NCBI RefSeq assembly: GCF_039541115.1
Contig: NZ_BAABFP010000005.1
Span: 744,001 to 808,000 of the forward strand
From: Angustibacter luteus
GTDB lineage: Bacteria; Actinomycetota; Actinomycetes; Actinomycetales; Angustibacteraceae
Direction: 5' to 3'
Length of the DNA: 64,000 nucleotides
Shown here: piece by piece, positions 44,941 to 54,774 of the stretch
Layout of the letters: each line of letters begins with the position of its first letter
Position numbering within the stretch: the stretch's first letter is position 1
Position numbers and translations under genes: made by a program
Notes under the pieces: model-generated
Databases searched by the model: none
What the model was told of the DNA's origin: nothing
The model's input: the letters and a program-made list of their open reading frames with translations, nothing else

Positions 44941-45735
44941 TCACGATGCGGATACCGGAGCGGGCCGCAGCCACGTGAGGACGTCCTGGATCACCGTGTC
45001 CCAGTAGCCCCACTCGTGCTCGCCCGGCCGCAGGTCCGCCGTCACGTCGACGCCAGCACGCCGCGCCGCGTCCAGGAAGCGCTCGTTGTCCGGCAGCAGC
45101 CTGTCCTCGGTCCCACAGGTGACGTACAGCCGTGGCAGGGCCGCGCGGGCGTCGTCGTCCAGGCCATTCAGCCGGGTGAGCAGGTCGGCGTCCGTGCCGG
45201 TGACGTCCGCCCCCGCGAACACCGCGTCGTTGATGTCGGCGTGCATCCCGCCGCCCCCGACCCAGGCCGCCAGGTCGAGCGCCCCGGACAGGCTCGCGGC
45301 AGCGGCGAACCGCTCCGGTGCGGTCAGCGCCCAGCGCATCGCGCCGTAGCCGCCCATCGAGAGCCCGGCGACGAACGTGTCCTCACGGCGGTCCGAGACG
45401 CGGAAGAACGCCTGCACCACCTCCGGCAGCTCCTCGGTGAGGAACGTCCAGTAGCGGCCGCCGTGCGCCTGGTCCTGGTAGAAGCTGCGCTGCACCTGCG
45501 GCATGACGACGGCGATGCCGTGCGCCGTCGCGTACCGCTCGATCGACGTGTACCTGGTCCACGCGGTCGCGTCGTCACTGAGCCCGTGCAGCAGGTAGAG
45601 CACCGGGAACGGGCCACCCTGCGAGTCGGCGGCGTCGACCCCGATCTGGCTGGCGGCGTTCTGCGGCAGCACCACCGACATCGAGGTACCGACCTCCAGG
45701 ACGTCGGACGAGAAGCTGCACTGGATGAGAGCCAT
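44941..45735 (-). CDS. Alpha/beta-hydrolase esterase (tributyrin/feruloyl esterase-like)
   Basis: LYLLHG, GLSMGG, CGTED, GEHEWGYW. Confidence 0.87.
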   Translation of the reverse strand: MALIQCSFSSDVLEVGTSMSVVLPQNAASQIGVDAADSQGGPFPVLYLLHGLSDDATAWTRYTSIERYATAHGIAVVMPQVQRSFYQDQAHGGRYWTFLTEELPEVVQAFFRVSDRREDTFVAGLSMGGYGAMRWALTAPERFAAAASLSGALDLAAWVGGGGMHADINDAVFAGADVTGTDADLLTRLNGLDDDARAALPRLYVTCGTEDRLLPDNERFLDAARRAGVDVTADLRPGEHEWGYWDTVIQDVLTWLRPAPVSAS

Positions 45736-45745
45736 GGTCGCCGCC

Positions 45746-46618
45746 TCAGCTCCGGTCGTACGCGCGGTAGGCGGCGGCGAGGTCCTCGTCGCCGTGGCCG
45801 GCCTCGACGACCTGACGCTGCAACCCGCGCAGCGCGTCGATCAGCGCCGGGTCCAGGCCGACGTCGCGGGCCGCCGCCGCGATCAGGTCCGCGTCCTTGA
45901 GGCCGCCGTCGATGCCGAACGACGGCGTGAAGTCGCGGGCGATCATCGCCTTGCCCTTGAGCTGCACGTACGGCGCGTCCATCGCGCCGCCACCGATGGC
46001 TGCCAGGAACAGGGCCGGGTCCAGGCCCAGCTCGCGGGTGAGTGCCACCGACTGGGCGATGCCACCGACGAGCGAGATGACGAACGCGTTGGCGGCGAGC
46101 TTGAGCCGCGACCCCTCCCCCGCGGCGCCGAGCCAGACGACGCGGGAGCCGACCGCGTCCAGCACCCGGCCGATCCGTTCCCGCACCTCGTCGGCGGCCC
46201 CGGAGGCCAGCACCACCAGGGCGCCCTGCTCCGCGGGCTGCTTGGTGCCGAGCACTGGTGCGTCCACATGCACGAGCCCGAGCTCGTCGCACACCCGGCC
46301 GAGCCGGTCCGCACCCTCGACGCCGACGGTGCTCATCTGCAGCAGCACGGTGCCGGGAGCGAGCGCCGCACCGGCCTCACGGAGCACCCGCTCGACCGAG
46401 TCCGCGTCCCACAGCATCGTGACGACAATGTCGGCGCCCTCGACCGCGTCCGCGACACTCGCGCACACCTTCGCACCGTCAGCGGCCAGCGGCCGCGCTC
46501 GTTCCGGCGTCCGGTTCCAGACCCGGAGGTCGATCCCGGCGCGGGCGATGTTGCGCGCCATGCCCGCACCCATCGTGCCGGTTCCCAGCAGCGCCACGGC
46601 CTCGGTGTTCTCGCTCAT
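45746..46618 (-). CDS. NAD(P)-dependent oxidoreductase, 3-hydroxyisobutyrate dehydrogenase family
   Basis: GTGTMG, WNRT, DAPVLG, LKLAAN, KD. Confidence 0.85.
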   Translation of the reverse strand: MSENTEAVALLGTGTMGAGMARNIARAGIDLRVWNRTPERARPLAADGAKVCASVADAVEGADIVVTMLWDADSVERVLREAGAALAPGTVLLQMSTVGVEGADRLGRVCDELGLVHVDAPVLGTKQPAEQGALVVLASGAADEVRERIGRVLDAVGSRVVWLGAAGEGSRLKLAANAFVISLVGGIAQSVALTRELGLDPALFLAAIGGGAMDAPYVQLKGKAMIARDFTPSFGIDGGLKDADLIAAAARDVGLDPALIDALRGLQRQVVEAGHGDEDLAAAYRAYDRS

Positions 46619-46699
46619 GGTCCACTCCTACCGGGTCCCGTGCCGTCGCGCACCCGCGGGGGTCTGGTCGTGGGGCCAGCGGAGTGGGACCGTCAGGGC

Positions 46700-47512
46700 A
46701 TGAGCGGCGACGACACGTACGTGTACCGCCAGTCCTGGGAACAGGAACGAGCGCGGCTCGAAGGCCTGTCGGAGCAGTTCGACGCCGGGACGTTCCGCCA
46801 CCTCCAGGACCTCGGCGTCACCGCAGGCTGGCGCTGCTGGGAGGTCGGGGCGGGGGGCGGCAGCGTCGCGACGTGGCTCGCGGACGTCGTCGGGCCGTCC
46901 GGGCACGTCCTGGTGACCGACATCGACACCCGATTCGTCGACGAGCTGGCGGACGACCACGTCGAGGTGCGCCGGCACGACGTCAGCGAGGACGACGTCC
47001 CGCACGCGGAGTTCGACCTGGTGCACGCGCGGGCGGTCCTCGAGCACGTCCCGCAGCGCGAGCGCACGCTACGCCGGTTGGTGACGGCGCTGCGCCCCGG
47101 CGGTGTCCTGCTGCTGGAGGACGTGGTGTTCGGCGGCACCCACCTGGCGCTCGTCCAGCCCCTGTTCGTCCCCGCCGCCTCGGCCGGGGTCCTGTCCCGC
47201 GCGATGGCGGCGGTGGCCGGTGCGTTCCGGGCGGCCGGGGCCGACCCGGAGTACGGCCTGCTGCTGCCGGAGCGGCTCACGGACGCGGGCCTGGTGGACG
47301 TTCAGGCCGAGCTGAGCACCCTGCTCATCCGCGGCGGCAGCCTGGACGCGCAGTTCTACCGGCTGAGCCTGGCCCAGCTGAGCGACCGGATGATCGCCTC
47401 CGGCCTGCTGGACCCCGTCGAGGCGTCGGCCCTGGACGAGATGCTGAGCGACCAGGACACGCACTGGCCGTCGATCGGCATGCTGAGCGCGTGGGGCCGA
47501 CGGCCGGACTGA
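46700..47512 (+). CDS. Class I SAM-dependent methyltransferase
   Basis: WEVGAGGGS, TDID, FDLVHARAVL, LRPGG. Confidence 0.85.
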   Translation: MSGDDTYVYRQSWEQERARLEGLSEQFDAGTFRHLQDLGVTAGWRCWEVGAGGGSVATWLADVVGPSGHVLVTDIDTRFVDELADDHVEVRRHDVSEDDVPHAEFDLVHARAVLEHVPQRERTLRRLVTALRPGGVLLLEDVVFGGTHLALVQPLFVPAASAGVLSRAMAAVAGAFRAAGADPEYGLLLPERLTDAGLVDVQAELSTLLIRGGSLDAQFYRLSLAQLSDRMIASGLLDPVEASALDEMLSDQDTHWPSIGMLSAWGRRPD

Positions 47513-47521
47513 ACCGGTCGG

Positions 47522-47944
47522 TCAGCTGGCCGTCCAACCGGTCCACCGGTCGACGTCGACGACCAGCACCGGGCCGTCCGGCCGCTGCTCGACGTACTGC
47601 GGGTAGCGAGAGGCGAGCCGGTCGAGGGCGTCGCCGGCCTCGACGTCGTCCGGCGCCAGGACGCGCGCCCGACCGTCCGCCCGCACCCACCACAACGTCG
47701 TCCAGTCGTCTGCGTAGTGGTCCACGAGGAGCGCGACGGCCGGGTTGGCCGCGATGTTGGCGAGCCGGCGAAGGTCGTTGCTGCGCTTGGGCTTGTGGTC
47801 GACGGCGCTGACCACGCGGTCGCCGTCGACGGCGAAGACCAGGGGGACGACGTGCGGTCGTCCCTGCGCGTCGACCGTGGCCAACCGCGCGACCCGGGCG
47901 TCGGCGAAGCGGGCACGGGCCTGCTCGCCGTCCAGCGTGCTCAC
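47522..47944 (-). CDS. PPOX-class F420-dependent oxidoreductase (Rv0121-like)
   Basis: VARLAT, PHVVP, AVDHKPK, LRRLANI, DHYADDW..LWWVRADG; GTGA overlap. Confidence 0.85.
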   Translation of the reverse strand: MSTLDGEQARARFADARVARLATVDAQGRPHVVPLVFAVDGDRVVSAVDHKPKRSNDLRRLANIAANPAVALLVDHYADDWTTLWWVRADGRARVLAPDDVEAGDALDRLASRYPQYVEQRPDGPVLVVDVDRWTGWTAS

Positions 47945-48768
47945 GTGCCCTGGAGGTCGGCGATGGCGTCCTCCCAGGCGGCCAGCTCGCGCTCGACGGG
48001 ACCGCGGCCGTTCGACGGCAACCAGTGCACCACCCGGCTCATCCCGGCCTTCTCGTACTCCTCCAGCACCTTCGGGTCGGCCGGCACACCCATCACCGAG
48101 ACGGCGACCGGGCGGTCGGCCCGGGCCCACAGCTCACGGGACCGCTCGAGCACCTCGGGCCGGTGGTTCGGGAACCAGGCGTCGCCGAACGCCAGCACCC
48201 GGTCCAGCACGGTCGGTCCGAGGCCGCCGACCAGCACCGGCGGGTGCGGTCGCTGGGCCGGCTTCGGCCACGACCAGATCCGGTCGAAGTCGACGAACTC
48301 GCCGTGGTAGGTCGCCTCGTCCTGGGTCCAGATGGCCTTCATCGCCTCGACCCGCTCCTTGAGCACCGTCATCCGGCGACGCGGATCGGTGCCGTGGTTC
48401 TCCATCTCCTCGCGGTTCCACCCCGCACCGACTCCGAACTCAAGCCGTCCACCGCTGAGCGCGTCGACGCTCGCGACCTCCTTGGCGGTCGTGATCGGGT
48501 CGCGCTCGATCACCAGGCAGACGCCGCTGCCGACCCGTAGCCGGCTGGTGGCCAGGGCGGCCGCCGTCAGCGTCACGAACAGGTCGTAGGTGTGCCAGTA
48601 CTTGCGCGGCAGCTCACCTCCACCGCCGTACGGCGTCCGGCGTTCGGCGGGGATGTGGGTGTGCTCGGCGAAGAACAGCGACTCCTGACCGTGCTCCTCC
48701 ACCATCACCGCCAGCGCGTCCGGGCCCATGGCGTCGTGCGTCGCGAAGTACCCCACACCGAAGTCCAT
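47941..48768 (-). CDS. LLM-class F420-dependent oxidoreductase
   Basis: AEHTHIP, RDPITTAKEVASVD.LSGGR..FGVGAGWNREE. Confidence 0.88.
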   Translation of the reverse strand: MDFGVGYFATHDAMGPDALAVMVEEHGQESLFFAEHTHIPAERRTPYGGGGELPRKYWHTYDLFVTLTAAALATSRLRVGSGVCLVIERDPITTAKEVASVDALSGGRLEFGVGAGWNREEMENHGTDPRRRMTVLKERVEAMKAIWTQDEATYHGEFVDFDRIWSWPKPAQRPHPPVLVGGLGPTVLDRVLAFGDAWFPNHRPEVLERSRELWARADRPVAVSVMGVPADPKVLEEYEKAGMSRVVHWLPSNGRGPVERELAAWEDAIADLQGT

Positions 48769-48815
48769 GACGTCACCGTAGGCACGGTGGTCGGGGAATG
48801 CGAGGGGGCACACGA

Positions 48816-48851
48816 GAGCCCGGGCCCGGCGCGATGGCCGGACCCGGGCTC
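48816..48851 (-). terminator. Hairpin downstream of the SHOCT gene
   Basis: GAGCCCGGG.CCGGC-loop-GCCGG.CCCGGGCTC. Confidence 0.55.
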
Positions 48852-48902
48852 CTCGGGCTCATACCGTGTTCGAGCGGTGTTCGGGCGGTGGTCAGGCAGT
48901 GC

Positions 48903-49280
48903 TCAGGCGAGCGCCTTGGCCTTCAGGCTGGCGAACTCGTCCTGGGTGATCGCACCCGAGTCCAGCAGGTCCTTGGCGTGCTTGATCTGCTCGGCCGGCG
49001 AGGTCGATCCGGCGACGCTCTTGATGTACGCGTCCTGCTGTTCGACCGCGCCCTTGACCGCTGCTGCCTGCCGCTCCGCCATGCCGCTGCCACGGGCGAT
49101 CAGGTACACCAACGAGGTGAGCAACGGGAGCACGATCAGCAGCACGATCCAGATCGCCTTGACCACGCCCGAGGTCTCCCGGTCGCGGAACAGGTCTCCG
49201 ATGATCGCGAACAGCACCATGAGGTAGGCGATGAACGCGAACGAGATGATGATGAACCAGACGACATCCCAGAAGGACAT
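48903..49280 (-). CDS. PLDc_N/SHOCT domain membrane protein
   Basis: DLFRD..SG..KAIW, YLIARG, LLDSGAITQDEF; GAAAGGA RBS. Confidence 0.85.
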   Translation of the reverse strand: MSFWDVVWFIIISFAFIAYLMVLFAIIGDLFRDRETSGVVKAIWIVLLIVLPLLTSLVYLIARGSGMAERQAAAVKGAVEQQDAYIKSVAGSTSPAEQIKHAKDLLDSGAITQDEFASLKAKALA

Positions 49281-49420
49281 GACCCATTCCTTTCGTCACG
49301 CGCCGGCGGACCGGACGCGCAAAAAGACCTTCGACCGTCGAAGGTCCCAGCGCCAACGGTGACGAGTAACAGGCGGCTCGGCATCACCCGTGACGGGTGA
49401 TGCCCAGCCGAGCAGGAAGG

Positions 49421-49930
49421 TCACCGGTCCTCGAGGACCCCCTTGAGGAAGGCCGCCTGACCCAGGTGCTCCAGGTCGTCGTCGATGACGCTGACCAGCC
49501 GCACGCCCAAGGTCACCGGCGGGTCCCAGCCCTCGTCGACGACCCGGTCCAGGTCGGTGTCGGTGAGTCCGTCGACCGCTTGCCGGGTCACCTCGATGAC
49601 GTCGTCCAGGTAGCCGGTGAGCAGCGACGCGTCGTTCACCTGCACCTGACCGACCTGCTCGCTGGTGTGCCCGTAGCCGGTGTCGTCGGACCCCAGCGCC
49701 AACCCGAACCGCTCGTGCCACCCCCGGGTCCGCCAGACGTCGTCCGCACCGAGCGCGTCACCGACGTGGGTGTCCGCGACCCGGGCCGCGTGCCAGACCA
49801 GCCAGGCGATCGAGTTCGACCGACCGTCGAGCCGCTCGTTCGCCAGCTCGGGGCTGAGCCCGTCGCAGACCTCGTGCCCGCGCTCGGTGATCCGCCCGAT
49901 GGCGTCCTGGAGCACCCCGATCGCGTCCAT
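49421..49930 (-). CDS. Mycothiol transferase / DinB-family protein
   Basis: NSIAWLVWH, TGYGH, WDPPVTLGVRLVSV..D.LEHLGQA. Confidence 0.82.
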   Translation of the reverse strand: MDAIGVLQDAIGRITERGHEVCDGLSPELANERLDGRSNSIAWLVWHAARVADTHVGDALGADDVWRTRGWHERFGLALGSDDTGYGHTSEQVGQVQVNDASLLTGYLDDVIEVTRQAVDGLTDTDLDRVVDEGWDPPVTLGVRLVSVIDDDLEHLGQAAFLKGVLEDR

Positions 49931-51054
49931 CAGCCCCACACCTCCTGCGCCGTCTCGACGACGAGCCGCAGCTTGGCCAGCTGGTCGTCCCGGGTGAGCG
50001 CGTTGCCCTCGACGGTGGAGGAGAAGCCGCACTGCGGGGACAGGCTCAGCTGCTCGAGCGGGACGAACCTCGCGGCGTCCTCGATCCGTCGCTTGAGGTC
50101 GTCCTTGCTCTCCAGCTTCGGGTTCTTCGTGGTGACCAGGCCGAGGACGACCTGCTTGCCCGGCGGGACGAACCGCAGCGGCTCGAACCCGCCGGAGCGC
50201 TCGTCGTCGTACTCGAGGAAGAAGCCGTCCACGTCCAACCCCCCGAACAGGGCCTCGGCGACGAAGTCGTAGCCCCCGGACGCCGCCCAGGACGATCGGA
50301 AGTTGCCCCGGCACAGGTGGGTCGTGACGTGCAGACCCTCGGGGCGGCCGGCGATCGCCGCGTTGATCGTGCGGATGTAGCGCTCGTGCTGGTGCTCGGC
50401 GTCCTCGCCGAGGCCGCTCATCCGCTCACGCTCGTGCGGGTCGTTGAGGTAGGCCAGGCTCGTGTCGTCGAGCTGCAGGTAGGTGCAGCCCAGCTCAGCG
50501 ACGGCGCGCAGCTGCGCCGCGTAGGCCCCCGCCAGGTCGGACCAGAACTGCTCGAGGTCGGGGTAGACCGAGCGGTCGATGGACGCCGCACCGCCGCGGT
50601 AGTGCACCATGCTCGGCGACGGGATGGTCAGCTTGGCCGTCGCGCCGGTCTGCTCGGTCTGCTTCGCCAGGAACCGGAACGCGTCCTCGAAGATGGTGCG
50701 CGGCAACGAGATCGGCTCGTCGACCCGGAGCCCGGCCGAGGTGAAGTCCAGGTCGCCCTGCGCGTTGTGGAAGTGCACCTGGAGCTCCTCGTCGGTGCGG
50801 TGCACGCCGCCGAGCTGGTAGATGAAGTCCATGTGCCAGGACGTCCGGCGGAACTCGCCGTCCGTCGCGGACCGCAGGCCGAGGTCGGCCTGCTGCCGGA
50901 CCACCTCGGTGATGCACTCGTCCTCGACCGCGCGGAGGCCCTCGTCGTCCAGGTCGTTGGTGCCGCGCGCGGCCCGGGCGTCGAGCAGCCGCTGCGGTCG
51001 GAGCAGGCTGCCGACGTGGTCGGCGCGGAACGGCGGTGTGCTGCGTTCTGTCAT
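49930..51054 (-). CDS. Single-domain cobalamin-independent methionine synthase-like protein
   Basis: RADHVGSLLRP, TDGEFRR, HLCRGN, FLEYD, LSPQCGF (Zn ligands H, C, C). Confidence 0.87.
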   Translation of the reverse strand: MTERSTPPFRADHVGSLLRPQRLLDARAARGTNDLDDEGLRAVEDECITEVVRQQADLGLRSATDGEFRRTSWHMDFIYQLGGVHRTDEELQVHFHNAQGDLDFTSAGLRVDEPISLPRTIFEDAFRFLAKQTEQTGATAKLTIPSPSMVHYRGGAASIDRSVYPDLEQFWSDLAGAYAAQLRAVAELGCTYLQLDDTSLAYLNDPHERERMSGLGEDAEHQHERYIRTINAAIAGRPEGLHVTTHLCRGNFRSSWAASGGYDFVAEALFGGLDVDGFFLEYDDERSGGFEPLRFVPPGKQVVLGLVTTKNPKLESKDDLKRRIEDAARFVPLEQLSLSPQCGFSSTVEGNALTRDDQLAKLRLVVETAQEVWG

Positions 51055-51127
51055 GGTCCGTGCCTACCACTGAACCGGCTGATCCGCGCTGGCGACGGAC
51101 AGGACGGCGTCCGTGGGCTAGCGTGCG

Positions 51128-52081
51128 ATGGTGACACCCGCGCAGCTACGCGCCTTCTCGGCAGTGGTGCGACAAGGATCGGTCAAGGCGGCGGGCGTGG
51201 AGCTGGGGGTGTCCGACGCCGCCGTCTCGCTGCACGTCGCCCAGCTGCGCAAGGAGCTCGGTGACCAGCTCTTCGTGCGGACGTCGTCCGGGCTGGCGTT
51301 CACGCCGGGCGGGCTCCGGTTGGCCAGCCGGGCGGCCGAGATGCTCGGGCTGCAGGACCGCACCATCCTCGAGGTGAGCCAGGCCGCCGGTGGACGGCGG
51401 ATGCTCCGGGTGGCTGCGTCGAGCCTGTTCGCCGAGCACGGCGCGCCGGGCCTGATCCAGCTGTTCACCAGCCGGGCGGACGACCTGGACGTCGAGCTCA
51501 GCGTGAGCCGGCCCGAGGACTTCGAGCGGCTGCTGCTGACCCGCTCCGCCGACGTGGCAATCGGCCCGGTGGCCGGCCCGGTCGACGCCGCGTTGCAGCG
51601 CACCGAGTTCCTGAAGTACCAGAGCGTCGTCGTCGTCGGCGCCACGCATCCGCTGGCCGGTGGCCACGCCTCGATGGACCAGCTGCGCGAGCAGACCTGG
51701 ATGCTCGGACCCTCAGCGGCGCAGGGACTCGGCTCGATCGCGGCCATGCTGCGTCGCATCCGGGTCCCGGAGCAGAACCAGCGGATCTTCCAGAGCGACG
51801 CCGCCGCGCTCGAGGAGACGTCGCGCGGGCGCGGGGTCGCCCTCACCGTGTCCTTCGTGGTGGCCCGGGACGTCGCCCAGGGCCGGCTCGTGCGGGTGTC
51901 CGGTCAGGGGCTGCAGGCGGATGCGGTGTGGAGCATCATGACGCTGCGCCAACCGGCGGATGCGGTGGCAGAGCTGACCCGGTTCGTCACCACCCCCCGG
52001 GCGACCCAGGCGATGCTGCGCGGGTCCGGGGTGAACATCAGCCACTTCAAGCCGTCGGTGCACGTCACGCTCTGGAGCTGA
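51128..52081 (+). CDS. LysR regulator, CutR-like (CO dehydrogenase-associated)
   Basis: TPAQLRAF...HTH; C-terminal RATQAML..G.....FKPSVHVTLWS; true start may be GTG 51131. Confidence 0.8.
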   Translation: MVTPAQLRAFSAVVRQGSVKAAGVELGVSDAAVSLHVAQLRKELGDQLFVRTSSGLAFTPGGLRLASRAAEMLGLQDRTILEVSQAAGGRRMLRVAASSLFAEHGAPGLIQLFTSRADDLDVELSVSRPEDFERLLLTRSADVAIGPVAGPVDAALQRTEFLKYQSVVVVGATHPLAGGHASMDQLREQTWMLGPSAAQGLGSIAAMLRRIRVPEQNQRIFQSDAAALEETSRGRGVALTVSFVVARDVAQGRLVRVSGQGLQADAVWSIMTLRQPADAVAELTRFVTTPRATQAMLRGSGVNISHFKPSVHVTLWS

Positions 52082-53276
52082 GGCTCCCGAGCTCGGCGAC
52101 GACCGCGGCGAGCGAGTCGAACGTGTCGGCCGCGAGCAGGTCGTCACAGTAGGGCAGCGCCGCCGCCATCGTGCCCACCAACGGCTCGAAGCCCGGGGCG
52201 GCGGCCCGCGGGTTGATCCACACGACCCGGTAGGCGCGACGGCGAAGCCGGGCCATCGCCCGGGCCAGGTCCTGCGGCGGTTCGCTGTCCCACCCGTCCG
52301 AGCCGATCACCACGACCCCACCGCGCACCGCCTCGGCGTGGTGCGAGGCGAGCAGGGCCTGCACGCTGGCCGCGATCCGGGTGCCGCCGTAGCGGTCGCT
52401 GACCTGCGCGGTGGCCTGCTCGACCGCGACGACGGCCGACCGGTGCCGCAGCACCGTGGTGAGCCGGGTCAGCGAGGTGGCGAACGCGAACGCCTCGCCC
52501 CCGACGCCCAGCACCAGGGCTCGCATCAGGTGCACGTAGGGCGTCACCTGCGGCTGCATGGACTGGCTGACGTCGCACAGCACGACCACCCGGCGCGGCT
52601 TGCGGACCGGTCGGACCCGGACCAGCTCGACGGGGTCCCAGCCGGTGCGACGCGACCGCGCGATCGTGGGGCGCAGCGCGACCTCCCGGCCGCCGGGGCC
52701 AGGGCGGCGGCGGCGGGTGCGCCTGGTCGGCCACCCGGCCAGCTGCTGCTCGAGCCACCGGCCCAGCAGCTGCGTCTGCGCCTCGCTGAGCTGCTCGAAA
52801 GGCAGCCGCGAGAGGGCCTCCAGCTCGCTGACGACCCGGAGGGGGACGGCCTGGTCGGCGTCAGTCGCCGAGGGGTCGTCCGGCAGGGCCACCACGGAGG
52901 GCAGCGTCACCCACGGCAGCCCGGCGCCGTCCGCCTCGTCCTGGTTGGCCCGCGGGACCGGCATCAGCGCGTCGCCGGGGGACGCGTCGGGCGGGCGCTG
53001 CGGGGTCCGGTTGGCCCGCCCGATCGCGATCACCGCGTCGTCGAACACGGCAGCGAAGACCGCGTCGAAGGCGGCGAGCTCAGACTGCCGGCGCACCAGC
53101 GTGACCCGCGCTACCCAGTACAGCCGGCTCGGCGAGGTGGGCAGGCTCGCGGCCAGGGCCCGGGTGAGGTCCTCGGTCGCGGTCAGCCCCACGGCGACCC
53201 CACCAGCGCGCAGCTTCGCGGTGAGCGAGGCGGCGAAGGCGGCGCGGTCGACCCCGCGCAGCAGCGGCTGGCTCAT
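52065..53276 (-). CDS. coxE: CoxE-like VWA protein
   Basis: DVSQSM, AFATSLT, GGTRI, SDGWD, WINP. Confidence 0.85.
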   Translation of the reverse strand: MSQPLLRGVDRAAFAASLTAKLRAGGVAVGLTATEDLTRALAASLPTSPSRLYWVARVTLVRRQSELAAFDAVFAAVFDDAVIAIGRANRTPQRPPDASPGDALMPVPRANQDEADGAGLPWVTLPSVVALPDDPSATDADQAVPLRVVSELEALSRLPFEQLSEAQTQLLGRWLEQQLAGWPTRRTRRRRPGPGGREVALRPTIARSRRTGWDPVELVRVRPVRKPRRVVVLCDVSQSMQPQVTPYVHLMRALVLGVGGEAFAFATSLTRLTTVLRHRSAVVAVEQATAQVSDRYGGTRIAASVQALLASHHAEAVRGGVVVIGSDGWDSEPPQDLARAMARLRRRAYRVVWINPRAAAPGFEPLVGTMAAALPYCDDLLAADTFDSLAAVVAELGSLSSRA

Positions 53277-54166
53277 CCCGTGCTGCCGGGCTGCCCCAGC
53301 GTCGCCCCCTCGACCGCCGCGATGATGCTCGCCCGGTCGTCGGGAGTCTTGGCCAGGGCACTCAGGCTGCGGACGACGTCCTGCGGCACCAGCTCCGCCG
53401 CGCCGAGTGCCGCCAGGGCCGACACCCAGTCGATGGTCTCGGCCATCCCGGGTGGCTTGTCCAGGTCCAGGCCGCGCACCCGTCCGACGAACTCGGTGGC
53501 CGACCCGATCAGCGGTTCGGTCGCCGCCGGCACGGCGCGGCGCAGGATGTCGGCGGCCCGGGTCGGTTCGGGGAAGTCGATCCAGTGGTAGAGGCAGCGC
53601 CGGCGGAGCGCGTCGTGCAGCTCGCGGCTGCGGTTCGACGTCAGGACGACGACGGGACGCCGCTGCGCTACGAAGGTGCCGATCTCCGGGATCGTCACCG
53701 AGGCCTCGCCGAGGAACTCGAACAGCAACGCCTCGAACTCGTCGTCCGCCCGGTCGATCTCGTCGATCAGCAGTACCGGCGCGACCGGCCCCTTGGCCCG
53801 GATCGCCTGCAGGATGGGGCGTTCCTGCAGGAACTCCTCGGTGAACAGGTCGGCGTCCGACAAGGTCTCGTGCCGTGACTCGGCCAGCCGGATGGCCAGC
53901 AGCTGGCGCTGATAGTTCCACTCGTACAGGGCCTCCGAGGCGGTCAGCCCCTCGTAGCACTGCAGCCGGATCAGGTCGGCGCCGAGCGCGCGGGCAAGGG
54001 CCTTGGCGGCGGCCGTCTTGCCGACGCCAGGCTCACCCTCGAGCAGCAGCGGCTGCTCGAGGGTCAGGGCCAGGTGCAGCGCGGTCGCCATGCCGTCGTC
54101 CACCAGGTAGTCGACGGCGTCGAGCTCACGGCGGACGTCGTCCGCGCTGGTCCACGGCTGGGTCAT
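53273..54166 (-). CDS. coxD: CoxD-like MoxR AAA+ ATPase
   Basis: GEPGVGKT, RLQCYEG, LLIDEIDRAD, LRRRCLY. Confidence 0.88.
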   Translation of the reverse strand: MTQPWTSADDVRRELDAVDYLVDDGMATALHLALTLEQPLLLEGEPGVGKTAAAKALARALGADLIRLQCYEGLTASEALYEWNYQRQLLAIRLAESRHETLSDADLFTEEFLQERPILQAIRAKGPVAPVLLIDEIDRADDEFEALLFEFLGEASVTIPEIGTFVAQRRPVVVLTSNRSRELHDALRRRCLYHWIDFPEPTRAADILRRAVPAATEPLIGSATEFVGRVRGLDLDKPPGMAETIDWVSALAALGAAELVPQDVVRSLSALAKTPDDRASIIAAVEGATLGQPGSTG

Positions 54167-54771
54167 GAGGCCGCCCCGGCGTCGGGTTCGGCCCGCAGCA
54201 GGGCCTGGTAGTCCTCCCAGGTGTCGACGTCGACCGGTACCGGGCCGGGCACGGGCACCTCGCGCACGTCGTAGCGGCCGGAGTGCAGCAGCCGCCAGAC
54301 TCCCTTGTCTCCGTGCAGGTCGGTGAGGTCGCCGAACACCGTGCGCGCGAACCACATGGGGTGCCCCCAGCCGTCGTCGTACCGGCAGACTGCCACGTCG
54401 GGGAGGGTGCTGTCGCCGGCCGCACCGAGCAGGTCGGCGACGGATGACGGCTGGACGCCGGGCTGGTCACCGAGCATCAGCACGAGCCCGTCCGAGGCGG
54501 CCTCGACCACGACCAGGCTGGAGGCGATCGACGAGCTGCAGCCCGCGCCGTGGGCCTCGTTGCGGACGACCACCGCGTCGCTCAGGTCCACCTCGGCGCG
54601 CACCTGGTCGTAGCTGCCGCCCAGGACGACGACCAGCTGGTCGAACCCGCAGGACCGGGCGGTGGTCAGCGCCGACTCCAGCAGCGGCGCACCGCGGTAG
54701 GGCAGGAGCTGCTTGGGCTGCCCCAGCCGGGTCGACGAGCCGGCGGCCAGCACGAGGCCGGTGACCTGCAC
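54163..54771 (-). CDS. mocA: Molybdenum cofactor cytidylyltransferase-like NTP transferase
   Basis: LAAGSSTRLGQPKQLL, LGDQP, GHP, DVDTWEDY. Confidence 0.8.
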   Translation of the reverse strand: MQVTGLVLAAGSSTRLGQPKQLLPYRGAPLLESALTTARSCGFDQLVVVLGGSYDQVRAEVDLSDAVVVRNEAHGAGCSSSIASSLVVVEAASDGLVLMLGDQPGVQPSSVADLLGAAGDSTLPDVAVCRYDDGWGHPMWFARTVFGDLTDLHGDKGVWRLLHSGRYDVREVPVPGPVPVDVDTWEDYQALLRAEPDAGAAS

Positions 54772-54774
54772 CGG

